DNA of 33,007 nucleotides, from positions 1-33,007 of the forward strand of contig NW_021832064.1 in assembly GCF_006345805.1 (NCBI RefSeq). The letters are read 5' to 3'. The notes beneath the pieces were generated by a model. The model did no database searches. It saw nothing but the letters and a program-made list of their open reading frames with translations, and was not told the origin of the DNA. This stretch comes from Octopus sinensis. Its lineage: Eukaryota. Below are positions 22,999-33,007 of the stretch, one piece after another. Position 1 is the first letter of the stretch, and each line of letters begins with the position of its first letter. The translations under genes were made by a program, and so were the position numbers.

Positions 22999-23543
22999 AT
23001 TTATCTCCTATATATATATATATATATATACACACACAATTTAAAAACAATAACATTTTAATAAGAAATTATCAATTAGTTAGCGTGAAAAACCTCATAA
23101 GGGAACATTTATTAATTATTCCTTTTAAATATATATTTTGCCCTCTAATTATGAAATTATATGATCTGCAGCAGAATCTGTTTTTAGAAGGCTCGCTTCG
23201 AGTGTTACATACCCTCGAGTTTGGTACAAAATGTGTTTATTATGGTAGTTTTGACTTTAAGAGTCCCTCCTAGCGTGAAGCATTCATGTATAGTAATGCC
23301 CTCACTATAAATAAATGTATATATACTTTATTTCACATTGCTCCATTTCACTCAGTTGTAGAAACTAGTTGCGACGTCACAGGTGCCAAGCTGTATCGAC
23401 CTTTGCCTCTCCCTTGGATAACATCAGTGATGTAGGAAGAGGAGGCTGGTATGCATAGGCGACAGCTGGTCTTCCATAGAACAACTTTGCACGGATCTGT
23501 GTCTCGGAGGGGAACTTTCTAGGTGCAATCACATAGTCAGTCA

Positions 23544-23939
23544 TCTCTTTATATATAAACGGCAGTTTGTCTGTCTGTGTGTCGGTGTGGCTGTCAGGCT
23601 GTATCCCACCTGACCCGCTTTCAACCGATTCTGATGAATTGACACACACATAACCCCATGTCATAATCAAACTAACGCAGCGAAAATTTTGAAAAGTTCC
23701 CCAGTTCTGAAAAAAATCGATAAATTCGACATGGGGTCGAGAATCTAAGCTTTTTATATGCAACACATTTCTGTCGGGAGACAGCTAGGAACATCGTATA
23801 CATAGAAGTATTCGAGTGAAGAGAAGCATTGCAACCTACACATCGCCTTCGTTCCCTAGAGGGAAAGAACTAGATTGGGATTAGTCGTTTCCTACTAGGG
23901 GCTCTTACATACCCGGGCAACGCCGAGCTATGCTGCTAG
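23544..23939 (+). mobile_element. Non-autonomous Helitron
   Basis: 5' end A|TCTCTTTATATATAAA followed by (CTGT)-like repeats. 3' end has the imperfect palindrome cccgggcaacgccgag, then CTAG|T. Confidence 0.8.
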
Positions 23940-24263
23940 TTACTGATATTTATATACTTATTGATTTCCCTGAAGGATAGCCTGCAGTATATACCTCATT
24001 TGGATAAGTTACCACGTCCTCAGTTCCGCTCGCTATGAAACATATGTAGCCCAAATTTTATCTACTCCATTCCTTGTATCTACTCCATCCCGTATCTACT
24101 CCATCCCGTGTCTGTATTCGCATACCTGCCAAACCTGGCTGCCCACCGTAAGATATCAATTTCTTTTTTAGTTTATCGTACTTCGATACGGAAAAAATCC
24201 CAAAACCGTCCGCCCCAATAAACCACTACAGTACCTGAAAGATATATATATATATATATATAT

Positions 24264-24462
24264 GACCGCGTGTGTATCGTTGACGATTTTTTTCCTCCGT
24301 CTTCCTTTCCTTGGACCTTCCCCTTTCCTATGTTTCTGACGAAGAGCTTCGCTCGAAACGTTAAATCCTCCTTCTTTCTTTCCTTTCCTGAGCGTCCATT
24401 AACACTTTACTTGTTCCACGTCCTCACATTGTTGGGTTCTCTCTTTGTGTTTTCACGTTTGA

Positions 24463-24468
<6 letters not shown>
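24264..24468 (+). mobile_element. About 200-bp non-coding element between (TA)n tracts carrying a reduced hammerhead
   Basis: (TA)n at 24242-24263 and 24467-24510, with the HHR motif at 24332-24366. Confidence 0.6.
24332..24366 (+). ncRNA. Ultra-minimal hammerhead variant
   Basis: gttt-CTGACGA-a-gagc(ttc)gctc-GAAAC-GT-T-aaat. There is one extra A after the core, stem III is reduced to the ACGT palindrome, stem I is 3 bp plus G.U, and the site is GUU. Confidence 0.55.
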
Positions 24469-24513
<45 letters not shown>

Positions 24514-24547
24514 CACACATACAGTTCAACAAATTCATTCATCTTTA

Positions 24548-25211
24548 AGTAATGGAGGAGATTAGATATTAAAATGGATTATAGTTTTTATTTTTCATGT
24601 TGCTATACAATTTGTTTCATACAAAAAGACTCAGATATTCATAAATAGAAAATCGTAATAGTCATATTTGCACTCGTCGATAGCTGGTAAAAAACTAAAG
24701 AAAACGTTAGAAGTATATATAGAAGTTATGTTACAAGAGGAAGAAAATTTGGATCAGTAGAAGCCAGATTTAGGACGATAGAGAAGGCATGCGAGAACTC
24801 TGTCAGCCCCTTAAAAACTGTTGTTTCAGCTCATAGCTGCGGCCATGCTGGAGCATCGCTGTTATAGTAATCATATTGTATTCAGGTATTCGTTCTTGTA
24901 GTCATTCCTAATTGAACCAAGACTAAAAAATATATACATGGGTGTTAATATATGTAATATTAAAAATAACTGACATTCTCTCTATGACTTCCTATATATG
25001 TGTCTATCTAAAACTTCTTAAATGAATTATATTACTAGTCAATCTGTATTTGTATGTACGATGAGGAATCCAAACAAAGATTTGAATGAATTTTGAAATA
25101 CGAATTTAGTATTTACTTAACCTTCAATTATCCTATCGACTTAAGAATTTTTTTAGAAAAAACTACTATAATCCATTTTAACATCTAATCCATCTAATCC
25201 CCTCCATTACG
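24548..25211. mobile_element. Tc1/mariner-type MITE (TA TSD, about 40-bp TIRs)
   Basis: Left gtaatggaggagattagatattaaaatggattatagtttt pairs with right aaaactactataatccattttaacatctaatccatctaatcccctccattac. TA lies at 24546-24547 and 25212-25213. Confidence 0.7.
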
Positions 25212-25393
25212 TAAATATGAATTAATTTGTTGAATTGTGTTTAATAAGTTAAATCATATACTGCTTATTTCTATACAAGTTCTCATACGTATACGAATTT
25301 ATATAAGTAAATTCAAAAGCAATGTATGAAGATAAGACATGAGAAATCTTGGGAAATTACTCCGATTAAACTCACATTCATCCGATAATATAT

Positions 25394-25680
25394 AGGAGTG
25401 GCTGTGTGGTAAGTAGCTTGCTTGCCAACTACATAGTTCCGAGTTCAGTCCCACTGAGTGGCATCTTGGGCAAGTGCCTTCTACAATAGCCTCGGGCCGA
25501 CCAAAGCCTTCTGAGTGGATTTGTTAGACGGAAACTGAAAGAAGCCCGTCGTATATATGTTTATGTATATATGTGTGTTTGTGTATATGTTTGTGTGTCT
25601 GTGTTTGTCCCCCTAGCATTGCTTGACAACCGATGCTGGTGTGTTTTCGTCCCCGTCACTTAGCGGTTCGGCAAAAGAAA
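25394..25680 (+). mobile_element. SINE family B, 3'-truncated
   Basis: Colinear with 7347-7628. Confidence 0.88.
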
Positions 25681-26029
25681 AACGTTGCACCACCAAGACA
25701 ACCAAAAAACACGTACATTACCCTCAAAATCCACGATCCCACAGACGAACGCTATACCGGAAGCAAGCTTCTTACCACACAGCCATTCCTATCCAAATAT
25801 CAACAACAGCAGTGCATCAAACGTGAATCCCAGACAGTGTTAACACGCAATCAAAGTGTTACCGCATGGATTGACTGGCTGTTCTATATCACTACTATTG
25901 CTAGTAGTGATATGCTCTTCCCGTTGAGGTTTGGGGTTAGGTTTACAAATACAGAAATTGAGTCACAGGCTTATTTTTTTCTCAACGAAATGAGTTGCTT
26001 CCTCTCCAGAGGTTAGCAGAATATTAACT

Positions 26030-26885
26030 GACACATCGCTCGTGTCCAGTACGGAGAAACACTGAAATTATTTAAAGTAACCGAAGAAAAAGGAAATTGT
26101 AAAACAGCCAGACGATTTAGCATTGGTGAATCCATCATTCGCTTATGCCATAAACTAATGGAAAAATTAAGCACTGAATCGAGAAGTGGACGAGCTTTTA
26201 GTGGAAAAAATTGCAGATTTCCTGAATTGGATGAAAAACTGAAAGAATATTTTCACCATTTTCGACAGAACGATTTTGTGCTGTTTCCTCTAAATTGAAA
26301 CGCATTCAAGCTTTAAGAGTGAACCAGCGTTTGATTCCTAATTCTCATTCGAAACCGTGTCGTAATTGGCCGACACATTTGACGAATCATCATTCTATCA
26401 GCTTCTGACGTCGCACCACTGTTCGCGAACGTGTGACTAAAGAATATAAAGAAAAGCTATTCAATTCCATTGATTTATCATTGGTTTGTGACAGAAAAAA
26501 AACCCCTTGCATTTATTTAAATAGCAGAGAATTTTGTTCGAAAACCACTGTATTTCGGAAAAGCATCTGATCCTATTCTTGATTGAGTAAAATTGAGGCT
26601 GTTCGTAAAGATGGCTATGAAAACTAGCGTCGTGCTGTAATGCTCTGATATAAGGGCTAATGGTAGGAAACTGCCGGCTTATGTCATATTCCAGCGTAAA
26701 TCACTGCCGAAAGGGATTAAAATTGTAGATAATGTTATTGTGCTGGCTAATGAAAAATGCTGGAAATGCAATAATATATTTGAGGAGTGAATTTGTTTGC
26801 TTTAGAATCGTCGTTATGGCGCTTTCCTAAAACTGAAAATCAATGTTTCTATTGGATTATTTCGTGGCCATCTTACAGACAGGTA
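26030..26885 (+). pseudogene. pogo/Tigger-type transposase relic
   Basis: N-terminal HTH-like EEKGNCKTARRFSIGESIIRL...AFSGKNCRFPELDEKLKEY. DDE_1-like GYEN*RRAVML/ANGRKLPAYVIFQRKSLPKG...ANEKCW.../SMFLLDYFRGHLTD. Stops and frameshifts are present. Confidence 0.8.
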
Positions 26886-26994
26886 ACATAAAAATATAAT
26901 CTGCAACATAGAAGCGCAGACGTGTGTGTGTGTGGTTAAGAAGCTTGCTTCCCGTTTGTATGGCACATTGGGCCCAGTTTTATATTCTATACGT

Positions 26995-27224
26995 ATTTCT
27001 TTATTACCCACAAGGGGCTAAACAAAGAATGGGACAAACAAGGACAGACATAGGTATCAAGTCGATTACATCGACCCCAGTGCGTAACTGGTACTTAATT
27101 TATCGACCCCGAAAGGATGAAAGGCAAAGTCGACCTCGGCGGAATTTGAACTCAGAACGTAACGGCAGACGAAATACCGCCAAGCATTTTGCCCGGAGCG
27201 CTAACGTTTCTGCCAGCTCGCCGC
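26995..27224 (-). mobile_element. SINE family A
   Basis: Reverse complement of the consensus head and body. Confidence 0.9.
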
Positions 27225-27309
27225 TTTTTATATTCTATACGGACAGGCCAAATCCGTTTGAGTGGATGTGATAGATAGAAACTGAAAGAAGCCTGTCATG
27301 CGTGCCTAC

Positions 27310-27344
<35 letters not shown>

Positions 27345-27408
27345 GTCTGTGGTGTGTGTGTGTGTGTGTGTGTCTGTGTGTGTGTGTGTGTGTGTGTCTG
27401 TGTGTGGA

Positions 27409-27715
27409 GGCGCAATGGCCCAGTGGGTAGGGCAGCGGACTCGCGGTCGTAGGATCGCGGTTTCGATTCCCCGACCGGGCGTTGTGAGTGTTTATTGAGC
27501 GAAAACACCTAAAGCTCCACGAAGCTCCGGCAGGAAGGGAGGAGTGGCGAATCCTGCTGTACTCTTTCACCACAACTTTCTCTCAATCTTTCTTCTGTTG
27601 GCCTGCTCGCTTAGCCAGTAGGGTGGCGTCATTTGAAGGCTAAAACAATGCGAAACGCATTTTGACCAGCGATGTGTAGCAACATCCGATAGCCTGGTCT
27701 GTCACAGTGATCATG

Positions 27716-27720
<5 letters not shown>
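27409..27720 (+). mobile_element. SINE family C (tRNA-derived)
   Basis: A-box tggcccagtgg and B-box-like gtttcgattccc, continuing into a non-tRNA body without an acceptor stem. Confidence 0.75.
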
Positions 27721-27758
<38 letters not shown>

Positions 27759-28064
27759 TTCTTTTATTCTCTCTCTCTCTCACTCACACACACACACACA
27801 CACACACACACCATACACACACATACGCATTCACAAACATACATATATATGACGATTCTTACCACACATTGACGCCTTCGCCTCTAGGAATACATCAACA
27901 AAAATTCTACTGAAACAGACGTCGCAAATTTTCAACCTCGTTTGCGTTCGTTTATTTTATAGGTACGCTACACCTGGAACCAGCTCTAAGTAGGGTCTAT
28001 GGCTTAAATTGGATTTCGTACTTACATATCTACAGCATCATGCCAATATGAGACATTGAGCAAA

Positions 28065-28124
28065 CAAACCTACACCGGTCATCAATCGGGGTGGGGTACG
28101 AACACACACAAATACATACAAAAG

Positions 28125-28174
<50 letters not shown>

Positions 28175-28497
28175 TTATAAAGGCGCACTCCGTCGGTCAC
28201 GACGAGGAGGGTCCCAGTTGATACGACCAACAGAAGAGCTTGTTCGTGAAATTAGCGTAATGTGGCTGAGTACTCCACACACACGTGTATCCTTAACGTT
28301 GTTCTCAGACAGATTCAGCGTGACACAGAGTGTGACAAGGCTGGCCCCTTTGAATTACAGGTACAATTAGTTTTTGTCAGCTGAGTGGATTGGAGCAACG
28401 TGAAATGAAGTGTCTTGCTCAAGGACACAACGCGTCGCCACCAGGAATTGAACTAGCGAACTTATGATTGTGAGTGGAATGCCCTAACCACTAAGCC
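28065..28497 (-). mobile_element. SINE family D (tRNA head plus gtgtccttgagcaagacactt central domain)
   Basis: Minus strand reads ggcttagtggttagggc...gttcaattcctgg...gtgtccttgagcaagacacttcatttcacgttgctcc. Confidence 0.7.
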
Positions 28498-28545
28498 TTC
28501 ATCATATATAATATATAGTGAAGGCTTAGTGATATACATATATAT

Positions 28546-28840
28546 GTTTTCTCAAAACAACGTGTAGGACGCCCCTTTGAGAAACACTGATTTAACCTAA
28601 ATTTGAGACACCAGCAAAAGAAGAAATAAAGATAGATTTTTTTTTCTATTCCAAAGAAAAATGATTTCCCACGTCTTTATCAATCGCATTCTCACCTGGA
28701 ATCGATTTTTGTAATTTTTTCAAGACTTATACTCGCCCTGATACCGTCGGTATCTACACATCAAATTGGAGCGCAATCGGATGGAGGATGCCCGAGATTC
28801 TAGAAGACACACACAGACAGACAGAAAGGATCTTATATAA
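28546..28840 (-). mobile_element. Second, truncated copy of the 15673-16078 Helitron-like element
   Basis: Reverse complement matches tctaggatctcgggcatcctccatc.gattgcgctc.aatttgat...cgattccaggtgagaatgcgat and ctggtgtctcaaatttaggttaaatcagtgtttctcaaa. Confidence 0.8.
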
Positions 28841-28843
28841 TAT

Positions 28844-28873
<30 letters not shown>

Positions 28874-28874
<1 letters not shown>

Positions 28875-29058
28875 TAGAATGGTTGTATACTGTCAATCTA
28901 ACATGAACGTGACAGTAGGGGGGTACACCACCGCTGTTTAGCCCGAGGAAGCATCGACGCTTCCTGATGGCTTTAACACATTTTTCTAGGGCTAAACAGC
29001 GGTGCTGTACCCCCTGCTGTCACGTTCATGTTAGATTAACAGTATACAACCATTCTAT
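28874..29058. mobile_element. 185-bp MITE with about 70-bp TIRs and an internal hairpin
   Basis: Arms 28874-28944 and 28989-29058 differ at about 4 positions. The spacer contains aggaagc-atcgac-gcttcct. Confidence 0.85.
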
Positions 29059-29106
29059 CGCCCCACACCGTACATATCTCTACGATAGATTTAGAAATCA
29101 ATATTT

Positions 29107-29151
<45 letters not shown>

Positions 29152-29279
29152 ATATATATTATTCATGAACACGGTATATATTTTTATCAGCTATTAAAAG
29201 TTCCACGTGAAGAAAACAGCACGGATAACATTTTATAACACGCCTGGTGCCCTCTTGCGTGTGTGTGTATGTAATATAT

Positions 29280-29305
29280 ATGTATCTCTCTCTCTCACTC
29301 ATTCT

Positions 29306-29338
<33 letters not shown>

Positions 29339-29347
29339 CATACATAT

Positions 29348-29446
<99 letters not shown>

Positions 29447-30099
29447 AAAAATAGATCGATAGAAAAAATAGATAGATGGATGAGTAGATAGATTGATTGA
29501 GTGTTTGATTGATTGATTGATTGATAAATAAATAGACAGATAGAAAGATGGACAGGAATATAGACGGATATATATATATATATATATATATTTTGGTAGA
29601 CACTTAATCATATGTGAACTGCAGAAATACATCGCCACGGACAAGATCGACAACATATATATACACGCATAAATATACATATGTGTGTGTGTGTGTCTGT
29701 GTGTCTGTCTTTGTGTAAGTGTATGAGAGAGAGAGAGAGAGAGGGGGGGAGTGGTTGTGGGGTGGACGAAGTTTCAGGCGATAGATCCGTATATACAGTG
29801 ATAGTAGGATAATTATAGGGAACACGTTAACTTGTAACATTCTCATACGTTATTAATGATCCGCAAATCAGTTTCGCTCAATTTATATATACACACGCTT
29901 AGATATAAACATATATAGACACGTTCACATACACATACTATGTATATGCACTCTCACACACAATATATATATTTACACGAACGCATTACATACACATTTA
30001 CTGCTATACACACGTACTCGTATTTATACCCTTATGCGCTTCGATGCACCAAAGAACGACATGTGCGTGTGTGTGTGTACTTTTTAGGCATGTTTACAT

Positions 30100-30142
<43 letters not shown>

Positions 30143-30701
30143 GCCACACACACACACATACAGAGAAAGAAAGAGATAGAGGTGTGCGTATATTTATGTA
30201 TGAGTGTATATGCATACATATTTCATACATGTAGTTTATGAAATATATATGGGATCGTGCGTGTGTAAATGTGTGTGTGTGTACATGCGTGTGTGTGTGT
30301 ACATGCGTGTGTGTGTCTACATGCGTGTGTGTGTGTGTGTGTGTATGTTTGTGTGTTTTGTGTGTGTGTGTGTGTATGCGTGTGTGTATACACACGCGTC
30401 TCCGATTGCGTGCTGTAACTCGTCTAAGTACGCTAAATACTTGAGCGAGAAATAAACTAGGACCAAGTGACGGAAAAAATAGCTATCGATTTCTCTCCAC
30501 TGCACGCTTCCACATAATATTATATATATATAAATACATTATTGGCGGGAAAGTGTGTGTGTGGGGGGGGGTCGGGTTAGGAATCAACCTCGAAATACTT
30601 AATATATTGAGGCTCTTACAAACGCTGCTCTCACACCCGCCTCCCGTCGCCTCTTACGCATATCACCACAGTCATACACATAGTAGTTAAACTCACTCAC
30701 T

Positions 30702-30732
<31 letters not shown>

Positions 30733-31010
30733 ATACAGAAGCACACACATGCACACATACGGAAACACACGTGCACATATACATGCACAAACACTGGTGC
30801 ATCTTAGAATCATACGTGCACAGACTCATACAAATACACACGCTTATTATACAAATACAGACTGACTTTTGTAGTAGTCGTAGTAGTAGTAGTAGTAGTA
30901 GTAGTAGCAGCAGCAGTAGCAGTGGTAGCAGCAGCAGCAGTAGCAGTGGTAGTAGTCGCAGCAGTAGCAGTAGTAGTAATAGTAGTAGTAATAGTAGTAG
31001 TAATAGTAGT

Positions 31011-31085
<75 letters not shown>

Positions 31086-31286
31086 GGTGGTGGTGGTTGT
31101 GGTTGTGGGTGGTGGGTGAGAAGGTGGAGGAGCTATTATTCGTGTTGCTGCTACTAGAATTCTTAGCACTTTAGGTTCCGAGTTCAAATTCTCACAGTCG
31201 ATAAATTAACTATTTGAGCCATGGGGTCGACTTCCTGCTCCCCACCAACATCACTCCAGGCCTTGTGCCTATAGCATAAAGAATTA

Positions 31287-31336
<50 letters not shown>

Positions 31337-31395
31337 GTTATTATTATTATTAATATTGTTATTATTATTATTGTTGTTGTTGCTGTTGTTGTTAT
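29280..31395. repeat. Microsatellite-dominated region: (TA)n, (GATA)n, (CA/TG)n, (AGT/AGC/GGT)n at 30872-31110, (ATT)n at 31288-31395
   Basis: Directly visible. Confidence 0.85.
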
Positions 31396-31398
31396 TAA

Positions 31399-31625
31399 GG
31401 CGGCGAGTTGGCAGAATTATTAGCGGGCCCGGCGAAATGCTTAGCAATATTTCGTCTAATTTTCTGTTCTGAGTTCAAATTCAGAAGCGGTCGACTTTGT
31501 CTTTCACCCTTTTGGGGTCGATAAATTAAGTATCAGTGAAACATTGGGGTCGATATAATGGACGAGACCCCTTCCTCAAATTTCAGGCCTTGTGCCTACA
31601 GTAGAAAGGATTATTATTATTATTA
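31399..31625 (+). mobile_element. SINE family A with (ATT)n tail (a further fragment lies at about 31157-31290)
   Basis: ggcggcgagttggcagaattattagc...aaatttcaggccttgtgcctacagtagaaaggattatt. Confidence 0.85.
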
Positions 31626-32344
31626 TCTTATTATTATTATTATTATTTTATTATATTATTATATTATTATGGTTGTTGTTGTATGTTTTTTGGTGTTGTG
31701 TTGTTGTGTTGTTGTTGTTGTTGTTGTTGTGTTGTGGTTGTGATATTATTATCATATTAAACTGATCAAGTGCCGCCGTGCTTAACATAGGCTGGCTAGT
31801 GGCAGCTGACCTCTACACTAGATAACAATGGCACTCTTCATTTATTTGACTATATATCTTAGGAGGAGTTACTCAATCCTTATATATTAACCAAAATGAA
31901 GTAGATTGGCAAACTTTATTTTTGAACCTGTTGAAGACACACGGATGTCGTAATATCGTTCACTAGATACAATGGCACTTTCTTATAATTATATTACATT
32001 ATTATTATTATTTTATGATTATTATATTATTATGATTTTTATTCTATGTTTGACTTTTGCTTTTGTAGAAGTTGGCTCAAGTTCACCCAGAGACCTCAAG
32101 AGACACAGGTAGAAGTTCTGTGCCATATATTTGGGGTTTTTTTTTTTTTTTTTGGTGTTGCACTAGTGAATGTCTAATACATAAAAATAAAAAATAAACA
32201 AATAAAAAAAAAGAAATAAAAAGAAAAAATAAATAAACAAAAGTTTGTTTTAAACCTTGGGATTACATAGTGTTGTTGATGTTGTTGTTGTTGTTGTTGT
32301 TGTTATTTGATGAAAAACGCTCATTTTATTTAGCTGGGCATGAT

Positions 32345-32728
32345 GGAAAGTGTCAGCTGACCACCTTGCCAAGTGGAACTGTCCAACATGCGTGCAGAGC
32401 GACGTGACCCTTCTGCACGCATTCGTGCAGTGTCCGAGAATTGCTGACCAGTGGAGTTTTGTCGAGTAGCTATTATCGACGGTAGGACGAATCCGATTAT
32501 GGGCCGAATCGATCACGTGGCTCCACCCCTACCACCACCACCTACCTTTAATAAGGCAGAGCAGGCGGCGTTCCTCTGTCTAGCGGCCACGAAGAAAAAG
32601 GCGGTGTGATGGACGGTGGCTGAAATGATTGAGGTTAAGTTGTCTTCCTTTTCGGTCAAGCTCTGATCTACTTTTTAAAGTTTCATTTGAAAAGGAAAGT
32701 GAGGGTGTGGAAGAAAGTGCTACCTCCC
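32345..32728 (+). pseudogene. 3' end of an L1/Tx1-type ORF2 (zf-RVT-like CCHC), cut by a SINE
   Basis: KWNCPTCVQSDVTLLHAFVQCPRIADQWSFVE*LLSTVGRIRL (Cx2Cx8Hx4C), then AFLCLAA...SGQALIYFLKFHLKRKVRV. Confidence 0.75.
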
Positions 32729-32962
32729 GGTGATTTGGCAGAATCGTTAGCACGCCGGGCGAAATGCTTTGCGGTATTTCGTCTGTCGTTACGTTGTGAG
32801 TTCAAATTCCGCCGAGGTCGACTTTGCCTTTCATCCTTTCGGGGTCGATAAATTAAGTACCGGTTACGCACTGGGGTCGATGTAATCGACTTAATACCTA
32901 TGTCTGTCCTTGTTTGTCCCTTCTATGTTTAGCCTCTTGTGGGTAATAGAGAAATAGGTATA
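32729..32962 (+). mobile_element. SINE family A
   Basis: tggcagaatcgttagcacgccgggcgaaatgc...ttgtgggtaatagagaaataggta. Confidence 0.9.
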
Positions 32963-33007
32963 TTCGGAAGATGAGAGTATCTAACGATTCGTGCATAAAA
33001 ATTTTCT

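Noticed and set aside
23370-23543. Probable LINE/SINE 3' tail fragment before the Helitron
   Set aside because: It is a single copy in the window with no coding motif or termini, so it cannot be supported without a search.
23631-23637. CTGATGA inside the Helitron (similar hits at 9900 and on the minus strand at 8266, 9960 and 24017)
   Set aside because: None has matching GAAA or helices, so these are chance 7-mers.
27409-27480. Possible tRNA gene
   Set aside because: It has A and B boxes but no acceptor stem and continues into a SINE body. The same applies to the other SINE heads.
27950-28030. Isolated acceptor (ttttatag) and minus-strand donor (GTAAGT)
   Set aside because: There are no partner sites or coherent reading frame.
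414-31187. Dozens of ORFs rich in HT/IY/CV/LS/SIYL, and poly-K/L/S/T
   Set aside because: They are translations of microsatellites with no domain content.

Overview
AT-rich eukaryotic intergenic or intronic DNA, most likely from an octopus-type cephalopod (inferred from the tRNA-derived SINE families and extreme microsatellite density, not verified by search). No intact host gene is supported, and almost all listed ORFs are microsatellite translation artefacts. The window is a nested transposon graveyard. It holds at least four tRNA-derived SINE families, several MITEs, non-autonomous Helitrons, a Penelope-like (PLE) reverse-transcriptase relic split by a SINE, a pogo/Tigger transposase relic, an L1/Tx1-type ORF1 (zinc knuckle) with no ORF2 behind it, and a separate L1/Tx1 ORF2 3' end. 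The most notable signal is a set of hammerhead ribozyme (HHR) motifs read directly from the sequence. Two identical complete type I HHRs sit in the arms of a 634-bp foldback palindrome (19644-20277). Minimal HHRs lie at 11409-11451 and 24332-24366, and a degenerate one lies near 15613. The four intact motifs sit in non-coding elements at or near (TA)n microsatellites, which is consistent with a ribozyme-bearing, TA-targeting PLE-derived system. All folds were done by eye and none is tested for activity.
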